A DNA stretch of 64,000 bases from Octopus sinensis. Taxonomy: Eukaryota. Shown piece after piece: positions 37,591 through 50,880 of this stretch. The stretch spans positions 3,410,001 through 3,474,000 of the forward strand of contig NC_043020.1 in assembly GCF_006345805.1 (NCBI RefSeq), read 5' to 3'. The notes beneath the pieces were generated by a model. It did not search any database and was not told where the DNA came from. It saw nothing but the letters and a program-made list of their open reading frames with translations. The translations under genes and the position numbers were made by a program. Each line of letters starts with the position of its first letter. The stretch's first letter is position 1.

Positions 37591-38069
37591 ATAGGTTAAA
37601 AGATACTCAAGCTACACTGCAGGTCACAACAGCATTAATAAGATCCCGATCAAAGAGATGAGGGCTCAAGGACAGAAGGAAGTAGGAAACCCCTTACTAA
37701 CTGCTACACCCAGTCTTTCCTCCCCAGATTATCAGCCTTTTGGAATTCCCTCCTTAACAATCTTAATCTTGTCAGTTTGTCAGTTTATAGCTATTCAAGA
37801 AGGACATTCTCTGCGTTCATTGTCAAGATTTCACAAGTCCCAGGGGGCCCGTGAAAGCCATGCACACATCTTCTTTCCCCAGACTAATCCTCCTCCAACA
37901 AGAAAAGTATGAGTTGAGGTGATGTAAGATATTGAAGCTTGATAATCTGATTAAAAAGGGGGGATTAATGGATTTATTTCTTATCTTTAATGTCTATGAC
38001 ATATGGTCGTGCTAAGAAAGAAACAGAGCTTTCTCTCTCACTTTGTAGACACAAACACTTACACACACA

Positions 38070-38105
<36 letters not shown>

Positions 38106-38506
38106 GATACAAACAAACATACGTACATACACACCAACACATACATAAATACATACAAACAGATATACATACACACCAACACACATATATAAATACACGC
38201 ACACACACACACGCATGCCCAGACAGTCACACACACACTATCCCACCCACAGAAGAGAGGAAGAAATAGTTGAACGAATTGTAGAGAATGACTGAGAATG
38301 ACTCAGCATGTTTATAAAACCGAGTCTGGTTTGCTGGGTCCTGCTGAGGTCCCTTTTATCTTTTCAGTAATGGCAGATATGGGGAACATTTCACTGGCAA
38401 TTACATACGACTTGTAAATGGAGCAGAAAATAGCAAAGAGATAGGAATAATATAATAGTAGAAAGGTGAATTCCAGGGTGCACTTTAAACACGACACACA
38501 CACACA

Positions 38507-38727
38507 TGAGGGGTGCTGAAAAGTTCCTGGCTTTGAGGGAATCACAAAAGGCCTGGTTTGGAGGCACAACCTTCCGTGTTCTTTTACGGAGCTGAGAAAA
38601 ACTGAAGGGCCACTGCAATAAGTGTGTGAATCTGAGAGGGGAAAGCACATTGAATAAAATCACAATTAACTGATCCTTGTCCTGTATTTCCTTTAACCCA
38701 AAGCTAGGAACTTTTCAGACCCCCTCG
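38507..38727 (+). mobile_element. Mariner-derived MITE, second copy
   Basis: GAGGGGTGCTGAAAAGTTCCTGGCTT ... AAGCTAGGAACTTTTCAGACCCCCTCG followed by TA. Confidence 0.7.
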
Positions 38728-39109
38728 TATATGTAAATATATATGGATGTGTGTACATATATACATCAATTATGCCCACACACATTCATATATATGTGTA
38801 TCTGTATGTGTATCTGTGTGTGTGTGTGTGCACATATACACACATACATACATATAATATATGCTTCACATATTCTTTATTTTTTTAATGTTTCAGTCAT
38901 TTGACTCTGGCCATAGTGAGGCACTGCATTGAAGGGTCTTAGTTGAACAAATTGACCCCAGGACTTATTTATCTAGCCTAGTACTTATTGTATCTGTCTC
39001 TTTTGTTAAACTGCTAAGTTAGGGAGACGTAAACATACCAGCACCATTTGTCAAGCGGTGATGGAAGGACAAACATAGACTCAAAGACACATGCACACAT
39101 ATATATCAG

Positions 39110-39959
39110 TTATTGAAAGGTCACAATACATGTATTAAAGCGCTACTAATAGTTTCATATGTAGAGAAAACTCAAGCATATCCTTCAGGCAGAAACCACA
39201 TATCTTAACTAACTTAAGAAATTGAATAATAGAAGAAACACAAAAAACTGAGATGGCAGCATGTAGAAAATGCAGAAAGTAAACAATGGAAGATGAAAAA
39301 CAGTGACTAGAAATAAAAAAACTAAAAAATAAAAAGGTAAAAGAGCTACCCCCCCCACTTCGACCTTAAATGATAAGACTGGAAAGATACCAAGTCAGTC
39401 AGGAATAGGTGGAATTTTCCAATTTTTCAAAATATAATTATACATATGCACGCAACCACTGAACATTTGTAACCTGGAGTTCAACTGAGAGTTAGGGACC
39501 TAAAGACCTGAACAGGATTTGAGTTTTATCAGTCAAACAAAGCCTACATTTATTTGATCCATTCACCTAAGGTATGGGTTTCTCAATTACTTTCCTTCTA
39601 ATCACATCCGGTGTTTCATAATCTTTCAACTTAGTAGCTTTACTTTTGTCCCTATGTTAGAAGGAGGTTATGTGGTTGGCATAGCGATTTGTAAATTCAC
39701 CTTCACATAATCCAGTTTAGGTCCTCTTATCAGGTGTATTATTATTTAGGATTGCAGTAACTTCTGCCTCACATATCATAGATTTAGTCATACACCATTT
39801 TCTATGTCCTACTTTCTTAGTTTTTTCGTGTTTCTTCTATAATTCAATTTCTTTAGTTTGCTATGATATGTGGTTTGCACCTCAAGAATATCTTTGAGTT
39901 TCCTCAACATATGGAACTGTTAATAGCACTTTAAGAGATGCATTGTGACCTTTAAATAA
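39110..39959 (-). mobile_element. Penelope-like element relic: GIY-YIG region flanked by inverted ~140-bp repeats containing hammerhead cores
   Basis: Minus-strand peptides MIYEAEVT...TGLCEGEFTNRYANHITSF...KCRLCLTDK resemble PLE GIY-YIG. 39110-39249 is the reverse complement of 39819-39959. Confidence 0.7.
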
Positions 39960-41397
39960 ATAATATTTATCTCTCACAAGACAGAATGCTTTTTTTGTTG
40001 TATTTTCTATCACAGATCAATACATTATATATATATATATATATACACACGATGGGATTCTTTCAATGTCCATCTACCAAATCCACTCACAAGACTTTGG
40101 TTGGTCTGGGGCTATACAGTGGGACTGAACCAGGAACCATGTGGTTGGGAATTTATAGAAATTTTAAAATTTCTTTTTAAACATTAAACTCATGCATTTG
40201 TTAAAACTTGTCCCTCCTGTGCCATCATCATTTTATGTTCGTTACCTCATTATATATATATATATATATATATATGCTCTGATCAATAAGTATCCAAACT
40301 GTTGCCATAGTAACGAAGCTAAAGCACTCAGAGTGAAGCTGCTTGGTACAGATTGGCCTTGAACTCTCCATCACGTGACAGACCAGCTGAGTGCAGGCAA
40401 ATTTGTGTTAGTTCACTGGAGCCTACCATCAGCTTTAAAAGAGGAACCTTTCCTGCTATTCTTCAGTGAGGTTGGATGTGTGGTCGTGTTTGGATCTTGG
40501 TAGAGAGGAAGTTTATTTTGCAGGTAGCTTCAGGTAGCCTTTGGCGCATTACATCCTTTCCTGTCTTCCAGTAGAATCTATGTCACGTATTTGTTTTCTT
40601 GTTCTATTCAAGTACAAATTGCATGAGAAACCATTATGTATGTTTTCTGACAGAATCAATCAAAATGTATTCAACAGTTTTGCCGTGTTAACGCTCTTTA
40701 TTGGGTTGAATAAATCATCGCATTCAATTCTACCTGGTTTTACCATTTTCCCTTTATCTGCAAACACACATATATTGGAACCCAAACCAGCTGAATTCTT
40801 CAACCAACCATTCCATTATACAGACATCCTTAATAACGAAGATAACTCATGGCATTACACACTTATACTTGCACCATGCTGATTAGTTTGTCTTACCTAT
40901 TTCACTCAGAAAGTCATTAATGAGTCAGAGACTATGGCAGAAGATAACCAAGGCATCATACAAATCAAATCCAGACCACTTGGTTGCTAAACTTACATCT
41001 TAAGCACACAACTATTCTTACAGAATAATGGGTTCTAAGCTGTGTACCCTTACTTCTTTTGAAACACTACCTGAAAAAAACATAACAAAAACCCAGTTCT
41101 TCAAAGTATCCAAACCCGAGACTGGCCACCACCACCACCACCACTTCCTCCTCCTGTTCCATCGTAATCCCATTCATTATCAACACAACTACAATTACCA
41201 CCACCACCACTACTACCACTACTACTACTACTACTACCACCACCACCACCACCACCAATGCCACTGTCACCTCCCACCCATCTTCACTACGGTGCAGCTT
41301 TCAAGTCTTGGACTGTTCTGTAACTATTCTGGTCGGAGGAACCGTCTCAGGTAACCCTGCTCACGATACATGTATTAAATAAAGATGAGGTCTTTTG

Positions 41398-41923
41398 ATT
41401 CTATGATACAAAACCACCTGTCCGAAAGTGTTTAGAGATAAACGAATACTTTTCATCGTAATTAGTTGGTATATAAGGAAACTCGTTAAGCAATGTTTCA
41501 AATACCAGCTTAATAATAATAATAATAACGACAAAATGTTTCACTTAAATACCCCGAATTCCTTTATTGTTCTATCATACAAAACTGTCCGTTTCAACGT
41601 TTTATTTATGTTTAAACTGAACCAATTTACCATCATTTTACGTAAGAATCCTGTTTTTAAGTTATGTTCTAAACAACAGCTTAATGGTCTAAATATCTGA
41701 TTAACATCACTGAGACAGGTGTGAGAGGAAGGGAGGCAGTGAGACCCAGGCAGGTGACCTGGTCAGAATGTTTACAACAGCGGGGACTTAATGGAAAGGT
41801 AGTGTGATGTATTAAATCTACAACCTAAGAAGAGGAACTGTTATCTACGGAATTTAACTCTTAAGGCTTTGGTTTACCACAGGTTTTAAAAGAAAACGGA
41901 CAGGTGGTTTTGTATCATAGAAT
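41398..41923. mobile_element. 526-bp MITE with perfect 27-bp TIRs, superfamily unassigned
   Basis: ATTCTATGATACAAAACCACCTGTCCG (41398-41424) and its exact reverse complement (41897-41923). Confidence 0.7.
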
Positions 41924-42252
41924 TTCCCCAAGTGTTGTGCAGAAGAAACGTGTTCGAAACCACAAGTGGAGGTGAAGACAACTTCATAACAACACAGTCT
42001 TTGTTTTGCCCATTAGGTACGTAGGCAAGGCATGAATGTCGTCACTTACACAGTCCTTGATGTGTATAGTTTAAAAATAAAAGGGTTTGAGAGAGAGAGA
42101 GAGATGGAGGGAAGAGGTGAGGGAGAAACCGATAGAGAGAAAGAATGTATATTAAATTAATAAAATAGAATGAAATCAAAGTCTGGGAGATGGAAGAGCA
42201 ACGACTGAGAGAAAGAGAGAGGCATCAAAGAGAAAAAAGACAGAATAAAGAA

Positions 42253-42299
<47 letters not shown>

Positions 42300-42354
42300 A
42301 AAAAGAATATAAGCAATAGAAAGAAAGGATAGAAAGAAAGATGTCTCAGATAGT

Positions 42355-42420
42355 TTGAAAGGGGTGGGGATCCACGCGCGTCGCCGCCGTCCGGCACTTC
42401 TGCCTCTCTCTATTCCTCTT
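42355..42420 (+). promoter_or_regulatory. Candidate promoter/TSS (CpG-rich patch), possibly of the SH2D4-like gene
   Basis: GGGGTGGGGATCCACGCGCGTCGCCGCCGTCCGGCACTTC is a dense CpG cluster in otherwise AT-rich non-repeat DNA. It is followed by a pyrimidine-rich leader and a GTAAGT donor at 42955. Confidence 0.35.
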
Positions 42421-43354
42421 CTTTCATTAACACTCAGACTTGGTCTCTCTCTCTTTTTACTTACAAAAAGTCTGGCTTTCTCTCTATTTCTCTTTCTAGC
42501 AAGTTAATGGATGAAATACTTTTTCTAATTTGCTTTTATTCTGCGCCTTTTATTTCCTAAAGCAAAAAAAAAAGAAAGAAAATAGAAAATAACCCTAAAA
42601 AAAAGACCCAAACAAAAGGTAATTGTTTTCCTTTTTTTCTCTGTATTTTCTCTTTATTTTAAAGGCCTAACTTGAATTTATTATTGTGAAAGAAGATTTT
42701 AATCCCCGACAAATACAAAGACATTACGAAAACTGTTGTTAAATACAAAAGAAAATATAATATCGAAAGGAAGAAAGTGAAGGAAAATATAAAATTACAG
42801 AAACAGATAAAGGAAGACAAAATAAATGATAAAAAGAAATATAGAAAGGAATACTTACTATCAATCTTCTTCCAAGCAATATCAGACACTTGTGAATGTT
42901 ATTGTTTTAAATTAGAAACCACTATTTTGGTTTTGTGTCCGATTTAAAGCGACAGTAAGTACTAAGAGTTTTTTTTTAAAGTTTCATGTTTTCTGGTTCA
43001 CCTCAAAGTAAACGACGCACCAGCTTTAATTAGGTACCATAAACATTTACATGTGTGTGTGTTGGGACAGACAGGGTGTATAGAACTCGGTATGTAAGTG
43101 CGTATATGTATGTATATATATCTTTTTATTAGGCTGTAAAGTTATGTGACTCGAGCGAGGCCTGAGAAATTCCCTGCCTTGCATTTATTAGACACACACG
43201 TTTTGTTTTGTTTTGTACATTTCTGTATACGTGCTTATTATATATACACCTACACAAACCTATAGGTAGACACATAACCATATATATATACACACGGGCG
43301 CTTATATATATACACACGCGGGCGCTCATATATATATATATACACACACACACA

Positions 43355-43487
43355 CATATTAGAGGGAAACCACTATGTGGACACCCTTATGCTAGAAATA
43401 GATCCGCTATGGTCTTCTTGGTGGTAAGACCATAGCGGATCTATTTTTAGCATAAGGGTGTCCACATACTGGTTTCCCTCTAATATG
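43355..43487. repeat. Hairpin, 62-bp arms, 9-nt loop
   Basis: 43355-43416 versus 43426-43487, two mismatches. Confidence 0.95.
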
Positions 43488-44894
43488 TATATAATACAAT
43501 TTTACTGAACGTTCAGTTTTTTTATATGCTAGACCACAGGTGTGAAATCGATGTTAATCAAATTAATATCTAATTTCTCACCCTCATTTTAAATTTATAT
43601 ATATATATATATATATATATGCGCTTCTATACGCGCATACTTTCTATGTATGTAGATGTGTATGTGTATGTCTATCTGTCTATCTTTACATGTATGCATC
43701 CCCCGACTTTGTTTCCTCATAACTTTGATTAATATCCATTTTCTGAAAGTTATGAGGAAACAAACTCCGATACACACGTGTGTAGGCATACCGTATATGC
43801 ATAAATGTATGGCTTAAAGTTTACTTGTTATGTGTATGACCAAAACACTTTAGTAATGTAAACAGAACTGCATTGAACTGTTAGCATAAGTACAGATGTG
43901 TGCCCCACCGACATTGTTATCTCATTTCCCCTTTATAACTTTTAGGAAAATGGATATCTTTTAATGAAATTTTATACAAATAATTTTCAAACGTCATAGA
44001 TTGCGATTATAAAGAAATTTCTGATCAGAAAGACTAAATAAGTTGGAACTACTCCGTTTTAACAGTGATTTTTTTCCCCCCAATATATAAAATTTCACCA
44101 CAACCTTCGAAATAATGGGGACATCGTTTTACAATAAAAAAGTTTTGAAAATTTTTGCACCCCCTCCTCATTCCTCACCAACCCACCCCAACTTACAAAT
44201 CATGGAAGGAGCCTTTTCGGTAAAAAAAAGAAAAATTGTAAACATTTTCAGAGGAAAAGATGTGCGATTCAAGGGAGATTTGGCTGTTGTTTCTAGCACA
44301 TTCCAAACCACCCTGTTTTCACTCTGACATGTATTGACGTTCCTTCAATATTTTTCTCCCATTAAACACATTCTTATGGAACGATGATGCGGAAGTAATA
44401 CACGTGGGGCCCATTGGTCGGATATATAAACAAAACAAAAATTGTAATATAAATGTTTACCCCTACCTCAAACAAGCGAGGCCGTGTGTCTGTGTGTAAG
44501 AAAAATCATTTTCTAACAGAAAAGTATGCGGGTAGACTTCCTTTTGTACCCCCCAAAATACCACCAACAATCGGGGGGCAGGGAGTGAGGTTGCCAAAAA
44601 TCATAATTTTTCCCAATTTTTTTTTATAACATATAAAAGTATAAAAGTATTTATGGGGAGGAAAAAACCTGCGAGAATGATAAAGTAACGGGGAGGGTGG
44701 TCTTGGGATGTGCTAGAAACAACAGTCCCTTAAATCACTTACTTTTCCCTCTGAAAATATCAGCAATTTTAAAAATATTTTTCTTACCCTCTCATGGTTT
44801 TGAAGTGCAAAAAAATATTGGCCAAAATTGGCCCTGAGTGGGATGATGAGGGAGTAGGGTTGTAGACACACAAATAAGAAAGAAGAAAGCAAAG

Positions 44895-44938
44895 GACCAC
44901 TGATGAGGTCACAGAAGTGTGACGAAAGAACTCTGGCC
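44895..44938 (+). ncRNA. Compact minimal hammerhead ribozyme motif
   Basis: CCA-CTGATGA-G-GTCAC(agaagt)GTGAC-GAAA-G-AA-C-TC-TGG. All core residues are present, with one extra G after A9 and a 1-bp helix III. Confidence 0.6.
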
Positions 44939-47589
44939 GAAATAAGATTAATGTAAAAAAATAAATAAAACTGAAGCAAATTAACACCAAATATATAGTG
45001 TGTGTGTTTTTATTGGTTAAACTGGCAACATGGCCTTGCCTAAATACAACAATATCTGTTTCAACACATGATTTCACATCAAGAGTCTTGCAAAACAAAT
45101 ATATAAACGTAACTTTTTAAAACTTTTTTTCATAAAAAGATGCCCCCCCCACACCCCCCATCATTTCGAAGTCTGTGGTTAAAAAAAAATGAGAACCCCC
45201 CCCCCCATCAAAACGGAGTTAGTTCCAGCTTGTTTAGTTTTCCTGATCCGAAACTCCTCTCCTCATCCCTTTGGAAAAAATTTTCCCCATAAATTTCTTT
45301 ATAATCGTAATCTATGCCGTTTGAAAGGTATTTGTATAAAATTTTATCAAAAGATATCCATTTTGCTGAAAATTATGAGGGAAAAAAGTCGGATCATATG
45401 AATTTTCCAAAACTCCTCTCTCCGCCATTTCGGAAAAATTCTTTCCCATAAATCCTTATATACTCTTAATCCACCCTCTGGAAACCATCTGCTCACAATA
45501 CCAGAAGGCGCTCACTCTCCTACCCTGATGTAATCTCCAGGGATACAGGCATCCAGCAACAGGACCGCCGTAATGCTATGATGGACCGTGAAGTCTGGTG
45601 TGACATAGTAAATTCCATTGTCTCAACCACGGTCAAACAATGATGATGAGGAAGCTGTTTTTGTTGAAAATTTCGTTAAAAAGTATCCATTCTTCTAGAA
45701 GTTATGAGGCAACAAAGCCAGTGGGGGGGGGGTGGGGGTTACACATCTGTAGGTATGCCAAATGGTTTAGATTGCACACTACAGTATAGACCAACCCCCA
45801 CCTGACATTCTGGTAACATTGATATTGTCAGAAGGTGTAGAAATGTAGTTTCCATTCTACAGCTGAAGGCGGGAATATTCTGTAGTAAATGTAGTGTTAG
45901 TGCATGTGCGTCTATATATATATAAAACTTATATATATAGGTGGAGGTTAGATGAATGAAAAGTCTCCTTAACTGAGGAGCTTCTTAATGTGTGTCATGT
46001 CTTATCCTCTCTCTATCTCCCTCACGGCTCCCTTCATCATTCTTACTCTCAGCCCCTGGGACCACCCATGACAATTGAGTAGCATTACCATTATATCGCA
46101 CCATTTTGAGGACAATAGGTTTCGTCTTGTGTTCTTGATAACTCGTCATTTTAATGGCAAAGAACTGCCAGAATCGTTCAGTTTGTATTTCGTTATGGTT
46201 TCGTATTATAAACACATGTTTTATATATGGAATTATTATCTCTGTTGGTAATAAAAAAAAAAAACAAAAACTGATTGTAATCTTTAAATAAATAGATAAA
46301 TAAAAAAAACCAGTACCGGTTGAGTACTGGATTGAGGTAATCAGCTTGCCCACTCCCTAAAATTGCTGACCCCGTGTGCCAGAATTTGAAACCAATAATC
46401 TTATCATTTAAAACTGTGTATCAAATATAAATTAATTACTAAAGATTGCTATTAATTGTTATGAAAAGATATTCTCAACATGATAGCAAAGACTATAAAA
46501 ATATATGAAAGCAAAGTTGTAACAAAATAAAAAAAATAAAATAATCTAAATGCTAAATGGAGTTCAGAATCACCATGTGTGTTACTGTGTTATGTCTTTT
46601 TATATAATAATTCTATACACCTTTTATATAACCTTTTCTTGTTTACAATGACTGATAGACAACTTTTATTTATTAGACTCAACCTATTTTCCTTTTTACA
46701 AATGTCCGTAAATTTATTTGACTTTAATAAACTTTCTCATGCTTAACATGTAGATTTGTAGGTCAGTGTGACTGTCTTTATCTCATTTTCTGGGTGCCTC
46801 TTCACTCAGAAAGTAAAACATATTCACACCCACACACACAACATGCAAGTGTCTCTCTCTGAATTTATATATATATATATACTAGGTTGTCTCTTTTACT
46901 TGTTTCAGTCACTTGACTGCAGCCATGCTGGAGCACCGCCTTTAGTCGAGCAAATCAACCCCAGGACTTATTCTTTGTAAGCCTACTACTTATTCTGTCG
47001 GTCTCTTTTGCCGAAATGCTAAGTTACAGGGACGTAAACACACCAGCATCAGTTGTCAAGTGATGATGGGAAGACAAGCACAGACACACCAACATATACA
47101 CACACATACATATATATATATATATCTGTATGTATGTTTTTAAAATAAAGCTGGACCTCTTCCTGTCGGGTGTCCCAGATGAACCAACTTCACGGCAGGA
47201 GGTGCAGATGAGGGCAGCTGCATCAAACTCTCTCATGCACCAAATGTCAATTGCTAAAAAGCATTTGTGAAGCAAAATCATGTAGCAACACCGAATGGCG
47301 GTGCCCCAGCATGGCCACAGCTCGTGAGCTGAAACTAGATGAAATGAAATGAAAAAAAAATTAAAATATATATATATATGACGGGCTTCTTTTAGTTTCT
47401 AGCTACCAAATCCACTCACAAGGCTTTCGTCGGCCTGAGGCTGTAGTAGAAGGCACTTGCCCAAGGTACCAGGAAACGTCTGAATGTTTTTAAGCTAAAT
47501 ATTTTAATATTTCATTGAACTCACCTGAAAGGTAACACAGTTAAAAACTCTGGCATTGCTTAAAGTGATCAGGCATTGCTTTTTTGTTC

Positions 47590-48235
47590 CTGACTAAAAA
47601 TAGATTCATCTTTCATGGAAGAAACCTCAATTCGGCATGGCGCAGCGTGAAGAACAAACGGTTACCCTTTATTGACATTTGAAATGGATAACTAAAAATT
47701 TCATATTTGCGTAGTAATACTATTCTTTTTTTTTAAAAAAAGGAGAAAATGCTACAAAGACTTGCTAAAATATTTGTGAAGTTTGTAGCCAAAGATAAAA
47801 ACAACTGTTCGGAGGTGGTTTGCAAGATTTAAAGCTGGAGAGTTTAGCTTGGAAGATGACAGTTGCAGTGGAAGACCTTCAGAATTGGATGAAGATGTTT
47901 TGAAGGCAAAAATCGGAGCAGACTCAAATATCACAACTACAGACATTGCAGAGGAGTTGGAAGTATCTAAAAGTATGGCTCATGAACACCTAGTGAAGCT
48001 AAGATACATTTCTTGTTATAATGTATGGATCCCTCACAAACTATCAGAAAAGAATTGCTTTGACCAGTATTACTTTTCTGATATGCTTTTCAAATGGAAT
48101 GAAAGGATGCCTTTTTCTGAAACAACTTGTGACTGGAGATGAAAAATGGATTGTGTACAAAAAAGATCCTGGAGTTTGGAGACAAATATCTATGCCAAAA
48201 AAGTCATGCTTTGTGTTTAGTTGGATCATAAAGGC
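47590..48235 (+). mobile_element. Mariner (Hsmar1/SETMAR-like) transposase relic
   Basis: RRWFARFKAGEFSLEDDSCSGRPSELD...WIPHKLSE...LVTGDEKWIVY; frameshifted and truncated at a TA microsatellite. Confidence 0.85.
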
Positions 48236-48309
<74 letters not shown>

Positions 48310-48615
48310 ACTTTTTATCAATTCACCAATGAAAAAAATTAAATTATACCGTATAGAAAAAAAACTACATCCTATAGAAAAAATTAAATATCAGATAAAA
48401 ACAATAAAATAAATAAATAAATATATGTATATAATCTTGTAAAACACAAAATAACTTAACAAATATATTCTGGTGTAAATAAAAATAGAATAAAGAAGTA
48501 TAAATATTTATTATATCTATAAAAATAAAATTTTAACTTATATAAGAAAAGAATAACAGACTATAATATATCATTACTAGAAAATTAATTAAATTATTTA
48601 AGACAAATAAATAAA

Positions 48616-48672
<57 letters not shown>

Positions 48673-49228
48673 ATATACAAAATATGCATTAAGTGAAAAC
48701 TAAAATACTATAATTTAATCTATATACATTAGATTAAATTATTAATTAATTAATTTATTTAATAAACATCTAAATTAAATCATATTCTAATTAAGTTTAG
48801 AAGTTACTAAGTTTTCAAGAAGATATACATTGCTACAGACTCTGACTGTCACTGATTTTTTTTTTTTTATGGGGTCAGTTTTAATTTATAGACAAGTTTG
48901 TCAAATCCCTTGTATATCTAAGGCTGAGAGAACAGAGGACAATATCTGTTAGAGGTTGGGCTGAGGGAGCAGACAGACATCATAATTGGTATAGTCATGA
49001 GGTTTGGTAAAGGAAAACTTAAAACAAGATGTTGGCTGACAATTAAGGGGGTCACCCACTAGCAGACCATTGATAATGAAACAGGGAAAGTCTTATCATG
49101 TAAAACAATGTAAAACAATGCTGCTATATTGTATACAACTAAAGTTTAGGGTTATTCAGAGGATTATTAAGAAGAATATTATAACAAAAGGATAGAAATT
49201 TATGAATTTAATTAAATTCTATGTCTTT

Positions 49229-49316
49229 GTGCAGCTGAAGATTGCTCACATTTCAAATTGATGTAATGATTGCATTATTCAATTAAATGGAGCTGCATGA
49301 AACGATCGTACTGCAT
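49229..49316 (+). ncRNA. PLE-type minimal hammerhead motif with long AU-rich stem II
   Basis: Stem I GTGCAG/CTGCAT; CTGAAGA 49235-49241; stem II TTGC...GCAT with a T.T base; GAAAC-GATC-GTA 49299-49310. Confidence 0.65.
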
Positions 49317-50314
49317 TACCTCTGGATATCTTTGTTGCTTATTTTGATTTTAATCACCTTACTTTGAAATTGAATGGATAATACCGTACTAAATTCTGGT
49401 GCCTCAACTTAAGTACCATATTCATCTGAATCTAAATTTTTGCTGAACTCATCTATGTATGCATATGTATATATATATGTGTATATATATATATATATAT
49501 GTATGCATATGTATATATCTCTTCATCATCATTTAACGTCCGTTTTCCATGCTATCATGGGTTGGACGGTTCAACCGGGGTCTGGGAAGCCATGGAGGCT
49601 GCACCAGGCTCCAGTCTGGTTTGGCAGTTTTTCTACAGCTGGATGCCCTTCCTAATGCCAACCACTCCATGAGTGTAGTGGGTGTTTTTTATGTGCCACC
49701 GGCACAGGGGCCAGAGGGGGCAGGTAAACGGCCACGATCGGTTGGTGCTTTTATGTGTCACTGACACGGATGCCAGTCAGGTGGTGCTGGCACCTGCCAC
49801 GTTCGGACGGTGCTTTTTACGTGCCACCAGCACGGGTGTCTTTACAATTTCCATTTGATTTTTATTTTGATGTTGGTGTTGACGTACTTGACTCAATAGG
49901 TCTCCTCAAGAACAGCGGGTCACTCCGCGATCCAAGGTTTGCACAGCAGGCCGTCCTGAGAGCCACGAACTCACTTCATTTGTTGGGTCTTCACAGTCAC
50001 AGCATATCTCAGGGGTCTCGGTCTTCGTCATTTCCTCAGTGAAGCCCTTAGTGCCACCGGCACGGGTATCACATCTACAATATCCATATGATTTTTATTT
50101 TGATGTTGATGAACTTGACACAATAGGTCTCCTCAAGCACAGCAGGCCGTCCTGCAAGCCATGAACTCACTTCATTTGTCAGGTCTTCAAAGTCACAGCA
50201 TATCTCAGAGGTCTCGGTCTTTTGTCATAGCCTCTGTGAGGCTCAACGTATGAAGGACATGCTTGACCACCTCGTCCCATGTCTTCCTGGGTCTACCTCT
50301 ACCCCGGACTCCTT

Positions 50315-50353
50315 TATATATATATATATGTATGTATATAAATGTATGCATAA

Positions 50354-50393
<40 letters not shown>

Positions 50394-50558
50394 TATATAT
50401 GCCTACATATGTGTGTGTGTGTGTGTGTATATATATATTGATATATATGCATATGTATATATGTGTATATATATGTATGCATATGTATATATGTGTATAT
50501 ATATATGTATGCATATGTATATATGTATATGTATATATATTATATATATGCCTACATA

Positions 50559-50593
<35 letters not shown>

Positions 50594-50880
50594 TGATATA
50601 TATCCATATGTATATATGTGTATATATATGTATGCATATGTATATATGTGTATATATATGTATGCATATGTATATATGTGTATATATATGTATGCATATG
50701 TATATATGTGTATATATATATGTATGCATATGTATATATATATATGTATGCATATGTATATATATATATATATATATGTATGTATGCATATATATGTGTA
50801 TATATATATGCATATCTATATGTGTATATATGCATATATATATGTGTATATGTATATGCATATATATATATATGTATATG
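50315..50880. repeat. Compound TA/TG microsatellite with a ~30-nt higher-order unit; similar arrays at 29290-29580 and 35490-35712
   Basis: Repeated TATATATGTGTATATATATGTATGCATATG-type units. Confidence 0.9.

Noticed and set aside
40445-40870. Second PLE GIY-YIG relic
   Set aside because: Only scattered motifs across three frames (YI, KQIRD); too weak to list as a supported feature.
45850-45890. CTACAG-CTGAAGG...CTGTAG hammerhead-like stem
   Set aside because: No stem II, A9 and GAAA are missing.
45985-46353. 122-aa minus-strand ORF or possible exon
   Set aside because: Partly a degenerate SINE head, no phase-compatible partner exon, no recognisable domain.
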